In this document: positions 47,055-57,607 of the stretch, one piece after another | Numbering within the stretch: position 1 is the stretch's first letter | How the letters are laid out: each line of letters begins with the position of its first letter | Assembly (NCBI GenBank): GCA_017415105.1 | Contig: JAFQJD010000004.1 | Coordinates: 55,127-119,126 of the forward strand | Length of the DNA stretch: 64,000 nt | DNA from: Clostridia bacterium | GTDB taxonomy: Bacteria; Bacillota; Clostridia; UBA1381 | Direction of reading: 5' to 3' | Notes under the pieces: generated by a model | Told to the model about the DNA's origin: nothing | Seen by the model: the letters and a program-made list of their open reading frames with translations, nothing else | Databases searched by the model: none | Position numbers and translations under genes: made by a program

Positions 47055-50000
47055 TCATTTATCCGGATTTTGCAATTCTTTTATTAAAATTAACAGTTTT
47101 TTAACAAATTCAAGTACGTTACTGTCCTTTTCCGTAAGCTTAATCGAAAGCGACGGTGTGTCAGACGATGCTACCTTAACCCGTGACGGGAACTTTGCAT
47201 CAAGCCCGAACACAATCTCCGGTGTCAGAGCATCCGGTGCGAATTTCAATGTAAGCTGCCGCTGTCGCTGCACTATCTCTGTACAACCAATCTCACGTGC
47301 CGGAATTTTCAATGCCGCAACTGCAATTATATTGATAACCGGTTTTGGCATATCGCCGTAACGGTCGATAAATTCATCCGCAATTTCCATTTCGTCATCC
47401 TCGGTTTCAATTGCTGAAATCTTTTTATACATATCAATCCGCTGATTTGATGATGTAATATAACTTTCGGGAATATATGCACTTACGGTTATATCAACCG
47501 TAACATCCTCCGCTGACGGCGGAGTTATGCCCTTTGCCTCGTTTATACTCTCGCTTAAAATCTTGCAGTACATATCATAACCGACATTATCCATATGTCC
47601 GTGCTGTTGTGAGCCGAGGATGTTTCCGGCACCTCTGATTTCAAGGTCACGCATCGCTATTTTAAAGCCTGAGCCAAACTCTGTAAACTCACGTATTGCA
47701 CTCAGTCGTTTTTGCGATACGCTTGTTAAAACCTTATCCTTTTTATATGTCAGATATGCATACGCCATACGGTTTGAACGTCCCACTCTGCCACGCAGCT
47801 GATAAAGCTGTGCCAAGCCCATTTTGTCGGCGTTCTCTATAATCATAGTATTGGCATTTGGTATATCAAGACCTGTTTCGATTATGGTCGTGCAAACGAG
47901 AATCTGTGTCTTTCCGTTTACCATATCGTACATTATATCCTCAAGTTCTGACTCATTCATTTTTCCGTGTCCGACTGCAATATTTACATCCCCAAACCGT
48001 TCCTTGAGCCATTGTGCCTTATGGTATATGCCCTGAACACGGTTATAGAGGTAGAACACCTGACCGCCTCTTGCGAGCTCTTTTTCAATTGCGTCACATA
48101 TAATGTTTTCGTTATGCTCCAGTACATATGTCTGAACAGGATAACGGCTGCCGGGCGGTTCTGTAAGAACCGACATATCTCTTACCGATGTCATTGCCAT
48201 ATGCAATGTTCTCGGGATTGGTGTTGCAGTCATTGTCAGAACGTCCACATTCGTTTTAAGAGCCTTTATACGTTCCTTATGTGCAACACCGAAACGCTGT
48301 TCCTCATCAATTATAAGGAGCCCCAGATCCTTGAACTTAACATCCTCTGATAACAGTCTGTGTGTGCCGATTATAACATCTATTCTACCGTCTTTAAGCT
48401 TTTTAAGAATTTCCGTCTGTTGTTTTGCAGTACGGAAGCGGGAAAGCATCTCAACAGTTATCGGGAAATCCGCCATACGACTTGAAAACGTCTCAAAATG
48501 TTGCATCGCAAGGATAGTTGTCGGGCAGAGATATACCACCTGTTTACTGTCGCACACAGCCTTAAATGCGGCACGCAATGCAACCTCAGTTTTACCAAAT
48601 CCCACATCACCGCAAAGGAGTCTGTCCATCGGTGCACTCTTTTCCATATCCGCCTTGACTTCCTCAATACTCCGTAGCTGGTCTGTGGTTTCGGTATAGC
48701 GGAACGTGTCCTCAAACTCTCTCTGCCACGGTGTGTCCTCGGCAAATGCGTGACCTGCAACCTCCTCACGTTGTGCATAGAGCTTTATAAGCTCTTTTGC
48801 AAGCTCGTCTGTTGATGCCTTTACCTTTTGTTTCTGACGAGTCCATTCCTGTGTGCCGAGTCGGTTCAGCTTTACCGTCTTTTCGTCACTCTTGCCGCTG
48901 TATTTATACAACAGATTAAGCTGGTCTACCGGAACGTACAGTGTGTCTGAACCCTTATACTGAATTTTTAGATAATCCTTTGAAATGCCGTCAACCGTCA
49001 TTTTCATAATTCCGGCATATTCGCCTATGCCGTGTGCGGCATGGACGATGTAATCACCGACCGATATATCGTTATATGATTTTATTCTGTTCTCGTTTTC
49101 TTTACGGCGTCGCTCACGTGAACGTCCGCTTTTAAATATTTCCTGTTCTGAAACGAGCACGAATTTCAGCTCCGGATATTCAAATCCACCCGAGCTGTTA
49201 CCGCATATTATTACGGTTTCGCCATCGTTAAATGTTTTGTCCTCCGAATAACGTGCCTTTATACCCCGCTCGTTAAATACTCCGGCAAGGTTTACCGCTC
49301 TTTTTTCTGTTGTAGCCAGAACAACAACGGTGTAGCCCGTTTCTGCCCAGCGTTTCAAGTCCTCAAACAGATATTCAAGCTTGCCGTGAAACGAAACTGT
49401 TGTTTTTGAAACTATGCTTTCAAGATGCTTAAACGAAAATTCGTTCTTTGTATGCGAAAGCATCTCGAATGCAATAAGCCGCATTTTTGATATTGCCGAA
49501 ACAATTTCATACTGCGTTTTATAAAGTGCCGTTTTTGTATCGCCGATAATACCCTTGAACTTCAGCTCCGATACCATCTGCTCCTTTTCCCACAAAAATG
49601 TTTTCATCCGCTCAAGAACACGTTTCGGGTCTATAACAAAAACAGCGGTATCGTCCTCAAAATAATCAACGAGTGACGGTATTTCGCCATATATCAGAGA
49701 AACATACTTATCCAGAGACGGGAAGCTGTGACGTTCCTTAAATAGTTCTATGTCAGTTTCAAGGTTTTTTACATACTCATCATCAGTACCACTTTTCCGC
49801 TGTGCGGCTTTTAGTCTGCGTGAAAGTTCAAGTATGATTTCCTCCCGCCTTTTATCAGAGTACAGTGTTTCTGTAACCGGAACAATTCTCACCAAATCAA
49901 TGTTCTCAAGTGTGCGTTGAGAATCCATATCAAAGCTTCTTACAGAATCCACCTCATCGCCCCAGAACTCCAGTCGCACCGGATTTTCAACACCCGGCGG

Positions 50001-50534
50001 ATAAATATCAATTATACCGCCCCGAACGGAAAACTGACCTACGCCCTCTATCATTTCTTCACGTTTGTATCCGATATCAACAAGGGTTGCTGAAAGCTCA
50101 CCTATATCAAACTCATCACCTGCAGAAATTGAAAGAGTGTTCTTTATAAACCTCTTTTTATCTGCCGTATATGTCATTAAAGCATCTACCGATGCCACAA
50201 CCGTAACTCCGCCCTGCACGATTTTATCCAACACAGCAAGCCGTGCATTTTCGTTTGCACGGCCCATTGTTTCGATATTGTAGAATACATATTCCTTTGA
50301 AGGAAACAGTACGGCATTGGGGGTATACAGCCTTAAATCTGATACAACCGAGCGTGCTTCCATATCAGAATACGTTATAACAAGCGTATTCGATGTTGTC
50401 TTTGCCGAAACTGACGCGATTAACTGTGCCTCGGCAGTTTCTGCAACTCCTGCTACTGAAATCGGTGTGTTATTAAGATTTTTGATTATCCCCTCATACG
50501 GTCTGTATCCGTCAAGCAGATTTAATAAGTCCAT
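47055..50534 (-). CDS. mfd: transcription-repair coupling factor
   Basis: UvrB-homology N-terminus, CarD-like domain, superfamily 2 helicase (GDVGFGKTEVA, DEEQRFG) and a TRCF C-terminus. Confidence 0.95.
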   Translation of the reverse strand: MDLLNLLDGYRPYEGIIKNLNNTPISVAGVAETAEAQLIASVSAKTTSNTLVITYSDMEARSVVSDLRLYTPNAVLFPSKEYVFYNIETMGRANENARLAVLDKIVQGGVTVVASVDALMTYTADKKRFIKNTLSISAGDEFDIGELSATLVDIGYKREEMIEGVGQFSVRGGIIDIYPPGVENPVRLEFWGDEVDSVRSFDMDSQRTLENIDLVRIVPVTETLYSDKRREEIILELSRRLKAAQRKSGTDDEYVKNLETDIELFKERHSFPSLDKYVSLIYGEIPSLVDYFEDDTAVFVIDPKRVLERMKTFLWEKEQMVSELKFKGIIGDTKTALYKTQYEIVSAISKMRLIAFEMLSHTKNEFSFKHLESIVSKTTVSFHGKLEYLFEDLKRWAETGYTVVVLATTEKRAVNLAGVFNERGIKARYSEDKTFNDGETVIICGNSSGGFEYPELKFVLVSEQEIFKSGRSRERRRKENENRIKSYNDISVGDYIVHAAHGIGEYAGIMKMTVDGISKDYLKIQYKGSDTLYVPVDQLNLLYKYSGKSDEKTVKLNRLGTQEWTRQKQKVKASTDELAKELIKLYAQREEVAGHAFAEDTPWQREFEDTFRYTETTDQLRSIEEVKADMEKSAPMDRLLCGDVGFGKTEVALRAAFKAVCDSKQVVYLCPTTILAMQHFETFSSRMADFPITVEMLSRFRTAKQQTEILKKLKDGRIDVIIGTHRLLSEDVKFKDLGLLIIDEEQRFGVAHKERIKALKTNVDVLTMTATPIPRTLHMAMTSVRDMSVLTEPPGSRYPVQTYVLEHNENIICDAIEKELARGGQVFYLYNRVQGIYHKAQWLKERFGDVNIAVGHGKMNESELEDIMYDMVNGKTQILVCTTIIETGLDIPNANTMIIENADKMGLAQLYQLRGRVGRSNRMAYAYLTYKKDKVLTSVSQKRLSAIREFTEFGSGFKIAMRDLEIRGAGNILGSQQHGHMDNVGYDMYCKILSESINEAKGITPPSAEDVTVDITVSAYIPESYITSSNQRIDMYKKISAIETEDDEMEIADEFIDRYGDMPKPVINIIAVAALKIPAREIGCTEIVQRQRQLTLKFAPDALTPEIVFGLDAKFPSRVKVASSDTPSLSIKLTEKDSNVLEFVKKLLILIKELQNPDK

Positions 50535-50536
50535 TT

Positions 50537-51103
50537 TTATTTACCGTTATATTTATTCATAGCACTCTCGTATCCTCGTGCTATTATTTCCTTCGATGCC
50601 TTGTACGCCTTCACGATTGCTTCCTCAAGAACAGGAATTTCGTCCTTTGCAAATCTACCAAGGACAAAATCTGCAAGCTCGTGATCCTTATGCTGGGGTG
50701 CACCTACACCTATTCTCACTCTTGGGAAAGCATCAGAATTGAGCATATATATTATTGATTTAAGTCCGTTATGACCGCCGGCACTGCCCTTGCCACGCAC
50801 ACGGATTCTGCCGGTATCAAGGGCTATATCATCGCTTATTATAATTACATTCTCAATCGGAATTTTAAAGAATTTCACAAACTCAACTATACTCTCACCG
50901 CTAAGGTTCATAAACGTCTGCGGTTTTACCAAAAGCACCTTTTCGCCGTTTATTTCACATTCACCGTAAAGTGCCTTGTATTTGAGTTTCTTCACTTTAA
51001 CGCCAAGTTCATCGGCTATATAGTCTATTGTGTGAAAACCGATGTTATGCCTTGTCATTTCATATTTCGTCCCGGGATTGCCCAGCCCTGCTATAAGATA
51101 CAT
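50537..51103 (-). CDS. pth: peptidyl-tRNA hydrolase
   Basis: Has MYLIAGLGNPG.. and GHNGLKS. The internal ATG at 51103 avoids an overlap with ribF. Confidence 0.92.
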   Translation of the reverse strand: MYLIAGLGNPGTKYEMTRHNIGFHTIDYIADELGVKVKKLKYKALYGECEINGEKVLLVKPQTFMNLSGESIVEFVKFFKIPIENVIIISDDIALDTGRIRVRGKGSAGGHNGLKSIIYMLNSDAFPRVRIGVGAPQHKDHELADFVLGRFAKDEIPVLEEAIVKAYKASKEIIARGYESAMNKYNGK

Positions 51104-51104
51104 A

Positions 51105-52028
51105 TTACCTTTCCTTTCCGGTGTGGAGTTGTTCTTTTGCCGTCTGAATATCATTTTTTATCTGTTCCTTTAATTCGTCAAGGCTTCCAAACTTCTTGTC
51201 GCCTCTTATCCGTTTTATAAAATCAACCTTTACGGTTTTTCCGTATATATCGTTTGAAAAGCCGAGGATATGACTTTCAACCGTAATTGTTTTTGCATTA
51301 AATGTCGGGTTATTGCCTACGTTTATAACACTGTCGTAAGCTACACCGTCAACGGTTGTATAACCCATATACACTCCCTCCTTCGGGAGAATTTTGTTTT
51401 CATTGTAAGAAATATTGGCAGTGGGTGTTCCGAGCTTGTGACCGTTACGTAAGCCTTTCGTAACTTCACCGGAAAGCGAAAACGGTCTGCCTAAAAACAG
51501 TGCGGCCTCATCAACATCGCCTTCGCAAACAAGCTCACGTATCTTTGTGCTTTTAATTGTTACACCGCTTGTTTTCATCTCGTCTGTCACAACTACCTCA
51601 AAGCCGTATTTTTCACCAAGACTCTTAAGCGTTGCAACATCTCCGCCGGCTTTATATCCAAATCTGTAATCATAGCCGACACAAACCGCCTGTGGATTAA
51701 GCTTACTAACGAGCATCCTTATAAACTCCTCCGGCGAAAGGTGCATAAACTCACTGTCAAATTCACGTATGTAAACACAGTCAACTCCGAGGTTTTCAAG
51801 GATTTCAAGCTTTTCCTTTTCGTTTGTAAGAAGCTTTATCCTCTGCTTTGCAATAACATTGCGGGTGTGGTCAGCAAACAGAAGCACACAACTCTCAATT
51901 TCCTTCTCCTGTGCATACATACAACAGTTTTTAATAATTGCCGTATGTGCACGGTGAAGTCCGTCGAAGTTTCCGAGTGCCACTACTTTTTTCCTGCCGT
52001 CCGTTACACCGTTACGTATTATCTGCAT
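51105..52028 (-). CDS. ribF: bifunctional riboflavin kinase / FMN adenylyltransferase
   Basis: Has ALGNFDGLHRAH and a C-terminal riboflavin kinase domain. Confidence 0.92.
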   Translation of the reverse strand: MQIIRNGVTDGRKKVVALGNFDGLHRAHTAIIKNCCMYAQEKEIESCVLLFADHTRNVIAKQRIKLLTNEKEKLEILENLGVDCVYIREFDSEFMHLSPEEFIRMLVSKLNPQAVCVGYDYRFGYKAGGDVATLKSLGEKYGFEVVVTDEMKTSGVTIKSTKIRELVCEGDVDEAALFLGRPFSLSGEVTKGLRNGHKLGTPTANISYNENKILPKEGVYMGYTTVDGVAYDSVINVGNNPTFNAKTITVESHILGFSNDIYGKTVKVDFIKRIRGDKKFGSLDELKEQIKNDIQTAKEQLHTGKER

Positions 52029-52041
52029 TAACCTCTCTCCT

Positions 52042-52905
52042 TTAACTCCAGAACGATTTTACAAGCACAAGCCTCATATCCTCTAACCTTGATATACACA
52101 AAAACCGTCCGTCGGGGGCATACACTCTGTATGTTTCCCCTTCTTTTCCGCTACGCCATGTCATTCTGACACCGTTTGTTATACTCTTTTCCTGCTTCTC
52201 ATTCAAATGTATTTCAGGAAAATCCGAAAAAAGCGAATCGGTCGGTTTTAGCGTCCCCGACAAATTCGGTATATTATCAAGTTCGTCTATCGTATATGCC
52301 TCATCAATTGAAAAGCCTGCGGTATATGTACGGCGTAGCTCTGACATTACAGCACCGCAACCAAGTCTTGTTCCTATGTCGTCACAAAGAGAACGGATAT
52401 ATGTCCCCTTTGAGCAATGAACGTCTATTGTAATCTCCGGCAACGATATATCAACAACATCAATAGAGTATATATTGATACGCCTTGCTTTCCGTTCTAC
52501 CTCTATGCCCTCTCTTGCAAGGTCATAGAGTTTTTTTCCGTCTTTTTTTATTGCACTGTACATCGGTGGTATCTGATCCTGCTCACCCACAAATCCGGCT
52601 ATGACATCACGCACTTGCTGTTGTGTTACGGTCACAGCTTTTTCCTCTGTGATTTTGCCCTCAACATCAAGGGTATCTGACCGTTTGCCGAGTATCATTG
52701 TTGCACGGTATTTTTTCTCACCCGACAGAAGCATATCTGCCGCACGTGTGGCATTACCGATACACACCGGAAGAACTCCGGTCGCAAGCGGGTCAAGTGT
52801 ACCGGTGTGTCCTACCTTTCGGGTGCCGAACTTTTTACGAAGTATCCCCACAATGTCGTGCGAGGTCTTTCCCTTTGGTTTATCTATTATAATAACGCCA
52901 TTCAT
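52042..52905 (-). CDS. truB: tRNA pseudouridine(55) synthase
   Basis: Has DKPKGKTSHD and HTGTLDPLATGVL. Confidence 0.93.
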   Translation of the reverse strand: MNGVIIIDKPKGKTSHDIVGILRKKFGTRKVGHTGTLDPLATGVLPVCIGNATRAADMLLSGEKKYRATMILGKRSDTLDVEGKITEEKAVTVTQQQVRDVIAGFVGEQDQIPPMYSAIKKDGKKLYDLAREGIEVERKARRINIYSIDVVDISLPEITIDVHCSKGTYIRSLCDDIGTRLGCGAVMSELRRTYTAGFSIDEAYTIDELDNIPNLSGTLKPTDSLFSDFPEIHLNEKQEKSITNGVRMTWRSGKEGETYRVYAPDGRFLCISRLEDMRLVLVKSFWS

Positions 52906-53846
52906 TATAAAACTTCCTCACACGCCGCAACTACCATTGCCTCTGCTTCTTCTATACTTTTATATATACTGCATCCGGCAGCCTTTATGTGTCCCCCGCC
53001 GTCAAACTTCAAAGCCACCTTTGAAACATCGGCATCACCGTTCGAACGCAGGCTGACACGTATCTTGCCGTTCACTTCCTTTAGTGATACGGCAATCTCA
53101 GTGCCACGGATGCGTCTTGGAATATCTACAAGCCCGTCAACCTCATCAGAGTTAAGGTTGAATCTCTTTGCAAATTCCTCTGTCATTGTAACTGTTGTTA
53201 CCTTGCCGTCACAGTATGATTTGATATTCTTTGTAAGCTCTGCTTTTAAAAGCTCCTCGTCTATATCAACACAGTCAAAAAGCAGTCTTGCAATCTCCGC
53301 GTGGTTGATGTCGTATCTGATAAGCTCGGATGCCGTTATAAATGTTTGGGGTGATACATTTGAATACGCAAAACAGCCGGTATCAGAGCAGATTGCAGTA
53401 TATAGATACTTTGCAATTTTCTGCGTAATCTCTACATCCATTTCTTTAAATAAAGTATACAGAATCTCGCCTGTTGCCGATGCATCAGCACAAACAAGCG
53501 ACACATCACCAAAACCCTTATTGGTTCTGTGGTGGTCGATATTTATAACAGTTTTTGCACTGTTTACAATTTCGGCACGTTTGCCTATACGTTCCAAATC
53601 TCCGCAGTCAAGGACAATACAAGTATCAAACTCCAAAATATCCCCATCAAAAACACAAACGTCATCACCAATAAAGCTGAGTCTTGGCTCAACCTTCTCT
53701 TCCGCTATTATAACCGCATCAATACCAAAACTTTCCAACGCACAACGCATTGCCTGACAGGATGCCAAAGCATCCGCATCAGCACTGATGTGTGGCAGTA
53801 ACACTGCCGATTTTGCATTTTTTATAAGTTCCGCAACTTTTTTCAT
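52905..53846 (-). CDS. nrnA: DHH/DHHA1 phosphoesterase (NrnA-like oligoribonuclease/pAp phosphatase)
   Basis: Has DADALAS, DHH (NIDHHRTN) and GGGH (FDGGGHIKAAG). Confidence 0.85.
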   Translation of the reverse strand: MKKVAELIKNAKSAVLLPHISADADALASCQAMRCALESFGIDAVIIAEEKVEPRLSFIGDDVCVFDGDILEFDTCIVLDCGDLERIGKRAEIVNSAKTVINIDHHRTNKGFGDVSLVCADASATGEILYTLFKEMDVEITQKIAKYLYTAICSDTGCFAYSNVSPQTFITASELIRYDINHAEIARLLFDCVDIDEELLKAELTKNIKSYCDGKVTTVTMTEEFAKRFNLNSDEVDGLVDIPRRIRGTEIAVSLKEVNGKIRVSLRSNGDADVSKVALKFDGGGHIKAAGCSIYKSIEEAEAMVVAACEEVL

Positions 53847-53881
53847 AATATCAGTCCTCTACTGCTCATCACTTACTACGG

Positions 53882-53957
53882 AACTTGTTGAGGCATGCTC
53901 ATGAAAAACGCATATCCCCAAGTAAGAGCGTTTTGAATGAGTATGCCTTAACAAGCT
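53882..53957. repeat. long imperfect hairpin element D1
   Basis: Stem 53882-53911/53928-53957 with a 2x2 internal loop and a 16 nt apical loop. Confidence 0.65.
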
Positions 53958-53963
53958 ATCCGC

Positions 53964-54033
53964 TTGCTTTGGGATATTTACTACGAATGCTAAAACTTAG
54001 TGAAATGCATTCTACGTAAACACCCCAAAGCAA
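53964..54033. repeat. long imperfect hairpin element D2 (same apical module as element A)
   Basis: Lower stem 53964-53981/54016-54033, a 3x3 internal loop, GAATGC/GCATTC (53985-53990/54007-54012) and a 16 nt loop. Confidence 0.7.
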
Positions 54034-54058
54034 TCACACAATTTTTGTACTAAGGCTT

Positions 54059-54087
54059 AAAAAGCGGCATCATTTCAGCCGCTTTTT
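54059..54087 (-). terminator. intrinsic terminator after rbfA
   Basis: Minus-strand RNA AAAAAGCGGC ugaaaugau GCCGCUUUUU. Confidence 0.75.
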
Positions 54088-54092
54088 ATGAT

Positions 54093-54425
54093 TTACTTAA
54101 TATTCTTGAGTAGTTTATCAATATGTGAGCCGTGTTCAATGGAATTATCGGCTTCAAAGATGAATTCGGGAGTATAGCGAAGATTTACACGTTTACCAAT
54201 TTCACGTCTTATAAAGCCCTGTGCACTGTTAAGTCCATCCATTGCCTTTTGTTTCGTTTTCTCGTCACCCATAACAGAAATATACGCCTTTGCATAACGC
54301 AAATCGTTAGTAACACTTACCGAAACAACGCTCGTCATAACGGGTATGCGTGAGTCTTTAAGCTCACGTATCACGTTTGCAAGTTCACGCATTACCTCGC
54401 CGTTAATTTTATCAATTCTTGCCAT
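54093..54425 (-). CDS. rbfA: ribosome-binding factor A
   Basis: RbfA family features (RIDKINGEVMRELA.., YTPEFIFEAD). Confidence 0.92.
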   Translation of the reverse strand: MARIDKINGEVMRELANVIRELKDSRIPVMTSVVSVSVTNDLRYAKAYISVMGDEKTKQKAMDGLNSAQGFIRREIGKRVNLRYTPEFIFEADNSIEHGSHIDKLLKNIK

Positions 54426-54545
54426 TTAATCAACCTCTATCTTAATACAGAAAAGAAACGAGTAGATTGTTGCTTTGCCGATTGACTGCGTATGTTTATA
54501 CTCCGAAATTGGCAAAGTTACGAGATGCGAAGTTTATTTTCTGTA

Positions 54546-57014
54546 TTATCTCTCTACCTCTTGCATTTCGAAGCACTCTATTGTATCTTCTTCCTTAATA
54601 TCGTTAAAGTTTTCGATACCGATACCACACTCGAACTTCTCTGTTACTTCCTTGGCATCGTCCTTGAAACGCTTCAGGCTCACAATCTTGCCCTCGTGGA
54701 TAATGATACCGTCACGTACAACACGCACTGATGCATTTCTTGAAATCTTACCCTGTCTTACATAACATCCGGCAATAACACCCACGTTCGGAACACGGAA
54801 TGTCTGACGAACATCGGCATAACCAAGAACAACTTCTTTGAATTCGGGGTCAAGCATACCCTTCATTGCAGCTTCGATTTCCTCAATTGCCTGATAGATT
54901 ACTCTGTAAAGACGTATGTCAACCTCGTTCTGCTGGCTCATTGCGAGAGCTCCTGCGTCAGGACGCACGTTAAATCCAACAATAATTGCGTTTGATGCAT
55001 TTGCAAGCATTACGTCAGACTCATTAACCGCACCTACGCCGCCGTGTATAACACGTACACGCACTTCGTCGTTTGAAAGCTTTTCAAGGCTCTGCTTAAC
55101 CGCTTCAACCGAGCCCTGAACGTCAGCCTTAACGATAATCGGTAACTCTTTCATATTACCCTCGTCAATCTGGCTGAACAGGTTATCAAGTGAAACCTTA
55201 ACAACTGCATTGAACTTGTCTTCCTGAATTTCCTGACGTCTCTGCTCTGCAACATCACGTGCAAGCTTTTCGTCCTTAACAACTATTAAGTCGTCGCCGC
55301 CCGTCGGTGCTTCATTAAGTCCCTGAATCTCAACGGGAGTTGCAGGTCCTGCTTCCTTAACACGTCTGCCCTTGTCGTTTGTCATAGCACGGACGTGACC
55401 GACAGATGTACCGCATATGATTACATCGCCCTGTCTTAATGTACCGTTCTGAACAAGAACTGTAGCAACAGGACCCTTACCCTTATCAACACGAGCTTCG
55501 ATTACGACACCCTTTGCAAGTCGGTTCGGGTTAGCCTTAAGCTCCTTCATATCTGCAACGAGAAGTACCATTTCAAGCAAGCCTTCGATGTTTATTCTCT
55601 GCTTTGCACTTATCTCAACACAGATGGTGTCACCGCCCCATTCCTCCGGGACGAGTTCGTATTCCATAAGGCTCTGTTTTACACGGTTCGGATCAGCACC
55701 GTCCTTATCAATCTTGTTGATAGCAACAATTATTTCTACGTTTGCCGCCTTTGCGTGGTTTATAGCCTCGATTGTCTGTGGCATAATACCGTCATCAGCC
55801 GCAACCACAAGGATAGCAACGTCTGTTACCTGTGCACCTCTGGCACGCATTGTTGTAAACGCTTCGTGACCCGGTGTATCAAGGAATGTGATATCACGGT
55901 CGTTGAGCCTTACACTGTATGCACCTATGTGCTGTGTGATACCGCCTGCCTCGGTTGTAGTTACGTGAGTGTCACGGATAGCATCAAGAAGTGATGTTTT
56001 ACCGTGGTCAACGTGACCCATAACAACAACTACCGGCGGACGCTCTATTAAATCTTCCGGTTTGTCCTCTTCGTCTATTTCCATAAACAGCTTATCTTCC
56101 TTTGAAAGGACAATCTCCTTGTTTACAGTTATGCCGAATTCTGCTGCGATAAGCTCTGCTGTGTCAAAATCAATTGCCTGGTTTACTGTTGCAATTATGC
56201 CAAGCATCATGAGCTTCTTAACAACCTCTGCAACACCTTTACCCATTCTTGAAGCGAACTCACCAACAGTTATTGTGTCAGGAACATCAATCTCTGTAAT
56301 AACAACAGGCTTTGGCTTATTCTGAGGCTTTTTCTCCTGCTCAAACTTATTGTTTTGCTGGTTCTTGCCGAATCTCTTGTCGCCCTTCTTATTCTTGTTC
56401 TTTTCACGGCGATTCATACTCATATCGTCCGCAAATTTTTCAAGACGTTCGTTCTTTTCAAGTTTTGCAAGGTCCACGTTTGATGATCTTGTATCAACAG
56501 TACGGCTCTTCTTCTCGCTCTTTACAATATACTCCTCTGTAGCGTTTGAAGTGTCCATACCTGAAAGGTCAACACGCACGCCAGTCTGCTTTTTAGCGGG
56601 TGCATTATGCTTCTTCTGTTTTTCTTTCTTTTCCTTCTCTTCAGCCTTACGTTTAGCCTTTGCCTCTGCTTCTGCTGCTTCACGTGCTGCACGTTTCGCC
56701 TCGGCTTTCGCCTTTTCCTCTGCAACACGTGCCGCCTCTTCTGCCTTTGCCTTTTCCTCGGCTTCCTTTTTAGCAGCAGCTTCTTCCTTTTCTTTCTTTG
56801 CTATAGCCTGAGCCTTTAACTCCTCTATTTCTTCTGCAGTAAACGGGTTGTCCTGAGTAAGTATATCCACAACCATAGCAGCCTGCTCGTCTGTTATAAC
56901 GCTTGTAGAGCTTTTAACAACCTCACCGTACTCGGCAAGTCTTGCTATTACCTCCTTATTGACAGCCTTAAACTTTTTTGTTACCTCACCAAGTTTTGTT
57001 GCTGTATCTGCCAT
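54546..57014 (-). CDS. infB: translation initiation factor IF-2
   Basis: Lys/Glu/Ala-rich N-terminal region, GTPase ([21 protein letters not shown]) and IF-2 C-terminal domains. Confidence 0.96.
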   Translation of the reverse strand: MADTATKLGEVTKKFKAVNKEVIARLAEYGEVVKSSTSVITDEQAAMVVDILTQDNPFTAEEIEELKAQAIAKKEKEEAAAKKEAEEKAKAEEAARVAEEKAKAEAKRAAREAAEAEAKAKRKAEEKEKKEKQKKHNAPAKKQTGVRVDLSGMDTSNATEEYIVKSEKKSRTVDTRSSNVDLAKLEKNERLEKFADDMSMNRREKNKNKKGDKRFGKNQQNNKFEQEKKPQNKPKPVVITEIDVPDTITVGEFASRMGKGVAEVVKKLMMLGIIATVNQAIDFDTAELIAAEFGITVNKEIVLSKEDKLFMEIDEEDKPEDLIERPPVVVVMGHVDHGKTSLLDAIRDTHVTTTEAGGITQHIGAYSVRLNDRDITFLDTPGHEAFTTMRARGAQVTDVAILVVAADDGIMPQTIEAINHAKAANVEIIVAINKIDKDGADPNRVKQSLMEYELVPEEWGGDTICVEISAKQRINIEGLLEMVLLVADMKELKANPNRLAKGVVIEARVDKGKGPVATVLVQNGTLRQGDVIICGTSVGHVRAMTNDKGRRVKEAGPATPVEIQGLNEAPTGGDDLIVVKDEKLARDVAEQRRQEIQEDKFNAVVKVSLDNLFSQIDEGNMKELPIIVKADVQGSVEAVKQSLEKLSNDEVRVRVIHGGVGAVNESDVMLANASNAIIVGFNVRPDAGALAMSQQNEVDIRLYRVIYQAIEEIEAAMKGMLDPEFKEVVLGYADVRQTFRVPNVGVIAGCYVRQGKISRNASVRVVRDGIIIHEGKIVSLKRFKDDAKEVTEKFECGIGIENFNDIKEEDTIECFEMQEVER

Positions 57015-57020
57015 ACCACA

Positions 57021-57344
57021 TCACCCTTTCTCTGTTTCGGTTTGGATATTGTATATATCCGAAATCGCCTTTGCGAAATTATTATCATTTATTGATACTA
57101 CCGCCCTGTCTGCCGATGCACCAACGATATGTCCAAGCTCTGACATATCCGCACATTCTATAAGCTTTACACCGTAGTGTCCACAGGCGTCCATTATAGT
57201 CTTTTTTGTATTGTCCGACGCATCCGTAGCAAGAATTACAAGCTTTGCCGTTTTTGATTTTATCATTTTTTCACAGATAAAGGTTCCCGTTGAAACCTTT
57301 CCGGCACGTCTTGCAAGCCCTACCATCCCAAGAAGCTTTTTCAC
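57021..57344 (-). CDS. ylxQ: L7Ae-family RNA-binding protein YlxQ
   Basis: Has GLARRAGKV and LVILATDAS, at the position between ylxR and infB. Confidence 0.85.
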   Translation of the reverse strand: MKKLLGMVGLARRAGKVSTGTFICEKMIKSKTAKLVILATDASDNTKKTIMDACGHYGVKLIECADMSELGHIVGASADRAVVSINDNNFAKAISDIYNIQTETEKG

Positions 57345-57595
57345 AGCAATCCCTCCAGTTTCTCATAGAGTTCATCACTTGTACTACAATCCAGATGCCG
57401 TTCTATAACGTGCTTTTTCTTTGCTTTTTTTATGCACTCTGCACTCTTGCATATATATGCACCACGGCCTGTGTTTTTGCAATTTTTGTCCGGCTCTGCC
57501 ATGCCGGTATCGGAGTTATACGTAATACGTATCAAATCCTTTGCCGGCTTGTGTTCTCTGCATACCACACACATTCTTAACGGTATATGCGTCAT
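57341..57595 (-). CDS. ylxR: YlxR/DUF448-family RNA-binding protein
   Basis: Has PLRMCVVCRE and GRGAYIC, at the position after nusA. Confidence 0.85.
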   Translation of the reverse strand: MTHIPLRMCVVCREHKPAKDLIRITYNSDTGMAEPDKNCKNTGRGAYICKSAECIKKAKKKHVIERHLDCSTSDELYEKLEGLL

Positions 57596-57607
57596 ACAAC
57601 CACCTTT

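Noticed and set aside
52807-53757. 316 aa plus-strand ORF, Ser/Ile/Ala-rich
   Set aside because: It lies antisense to the well-supported nrnA and truB genes. It has a low-complexity composition, no RBS and no recognisable domain, so it is a shadow ORF of the opposite strand.
56560-56830. Low-complexity GAA/GCA/AAG repeats
   Set aside because: This is the coding sequence for the Lys/Glu/Ala-rich N-terminal region common in IF-2, not an independent repeat element.
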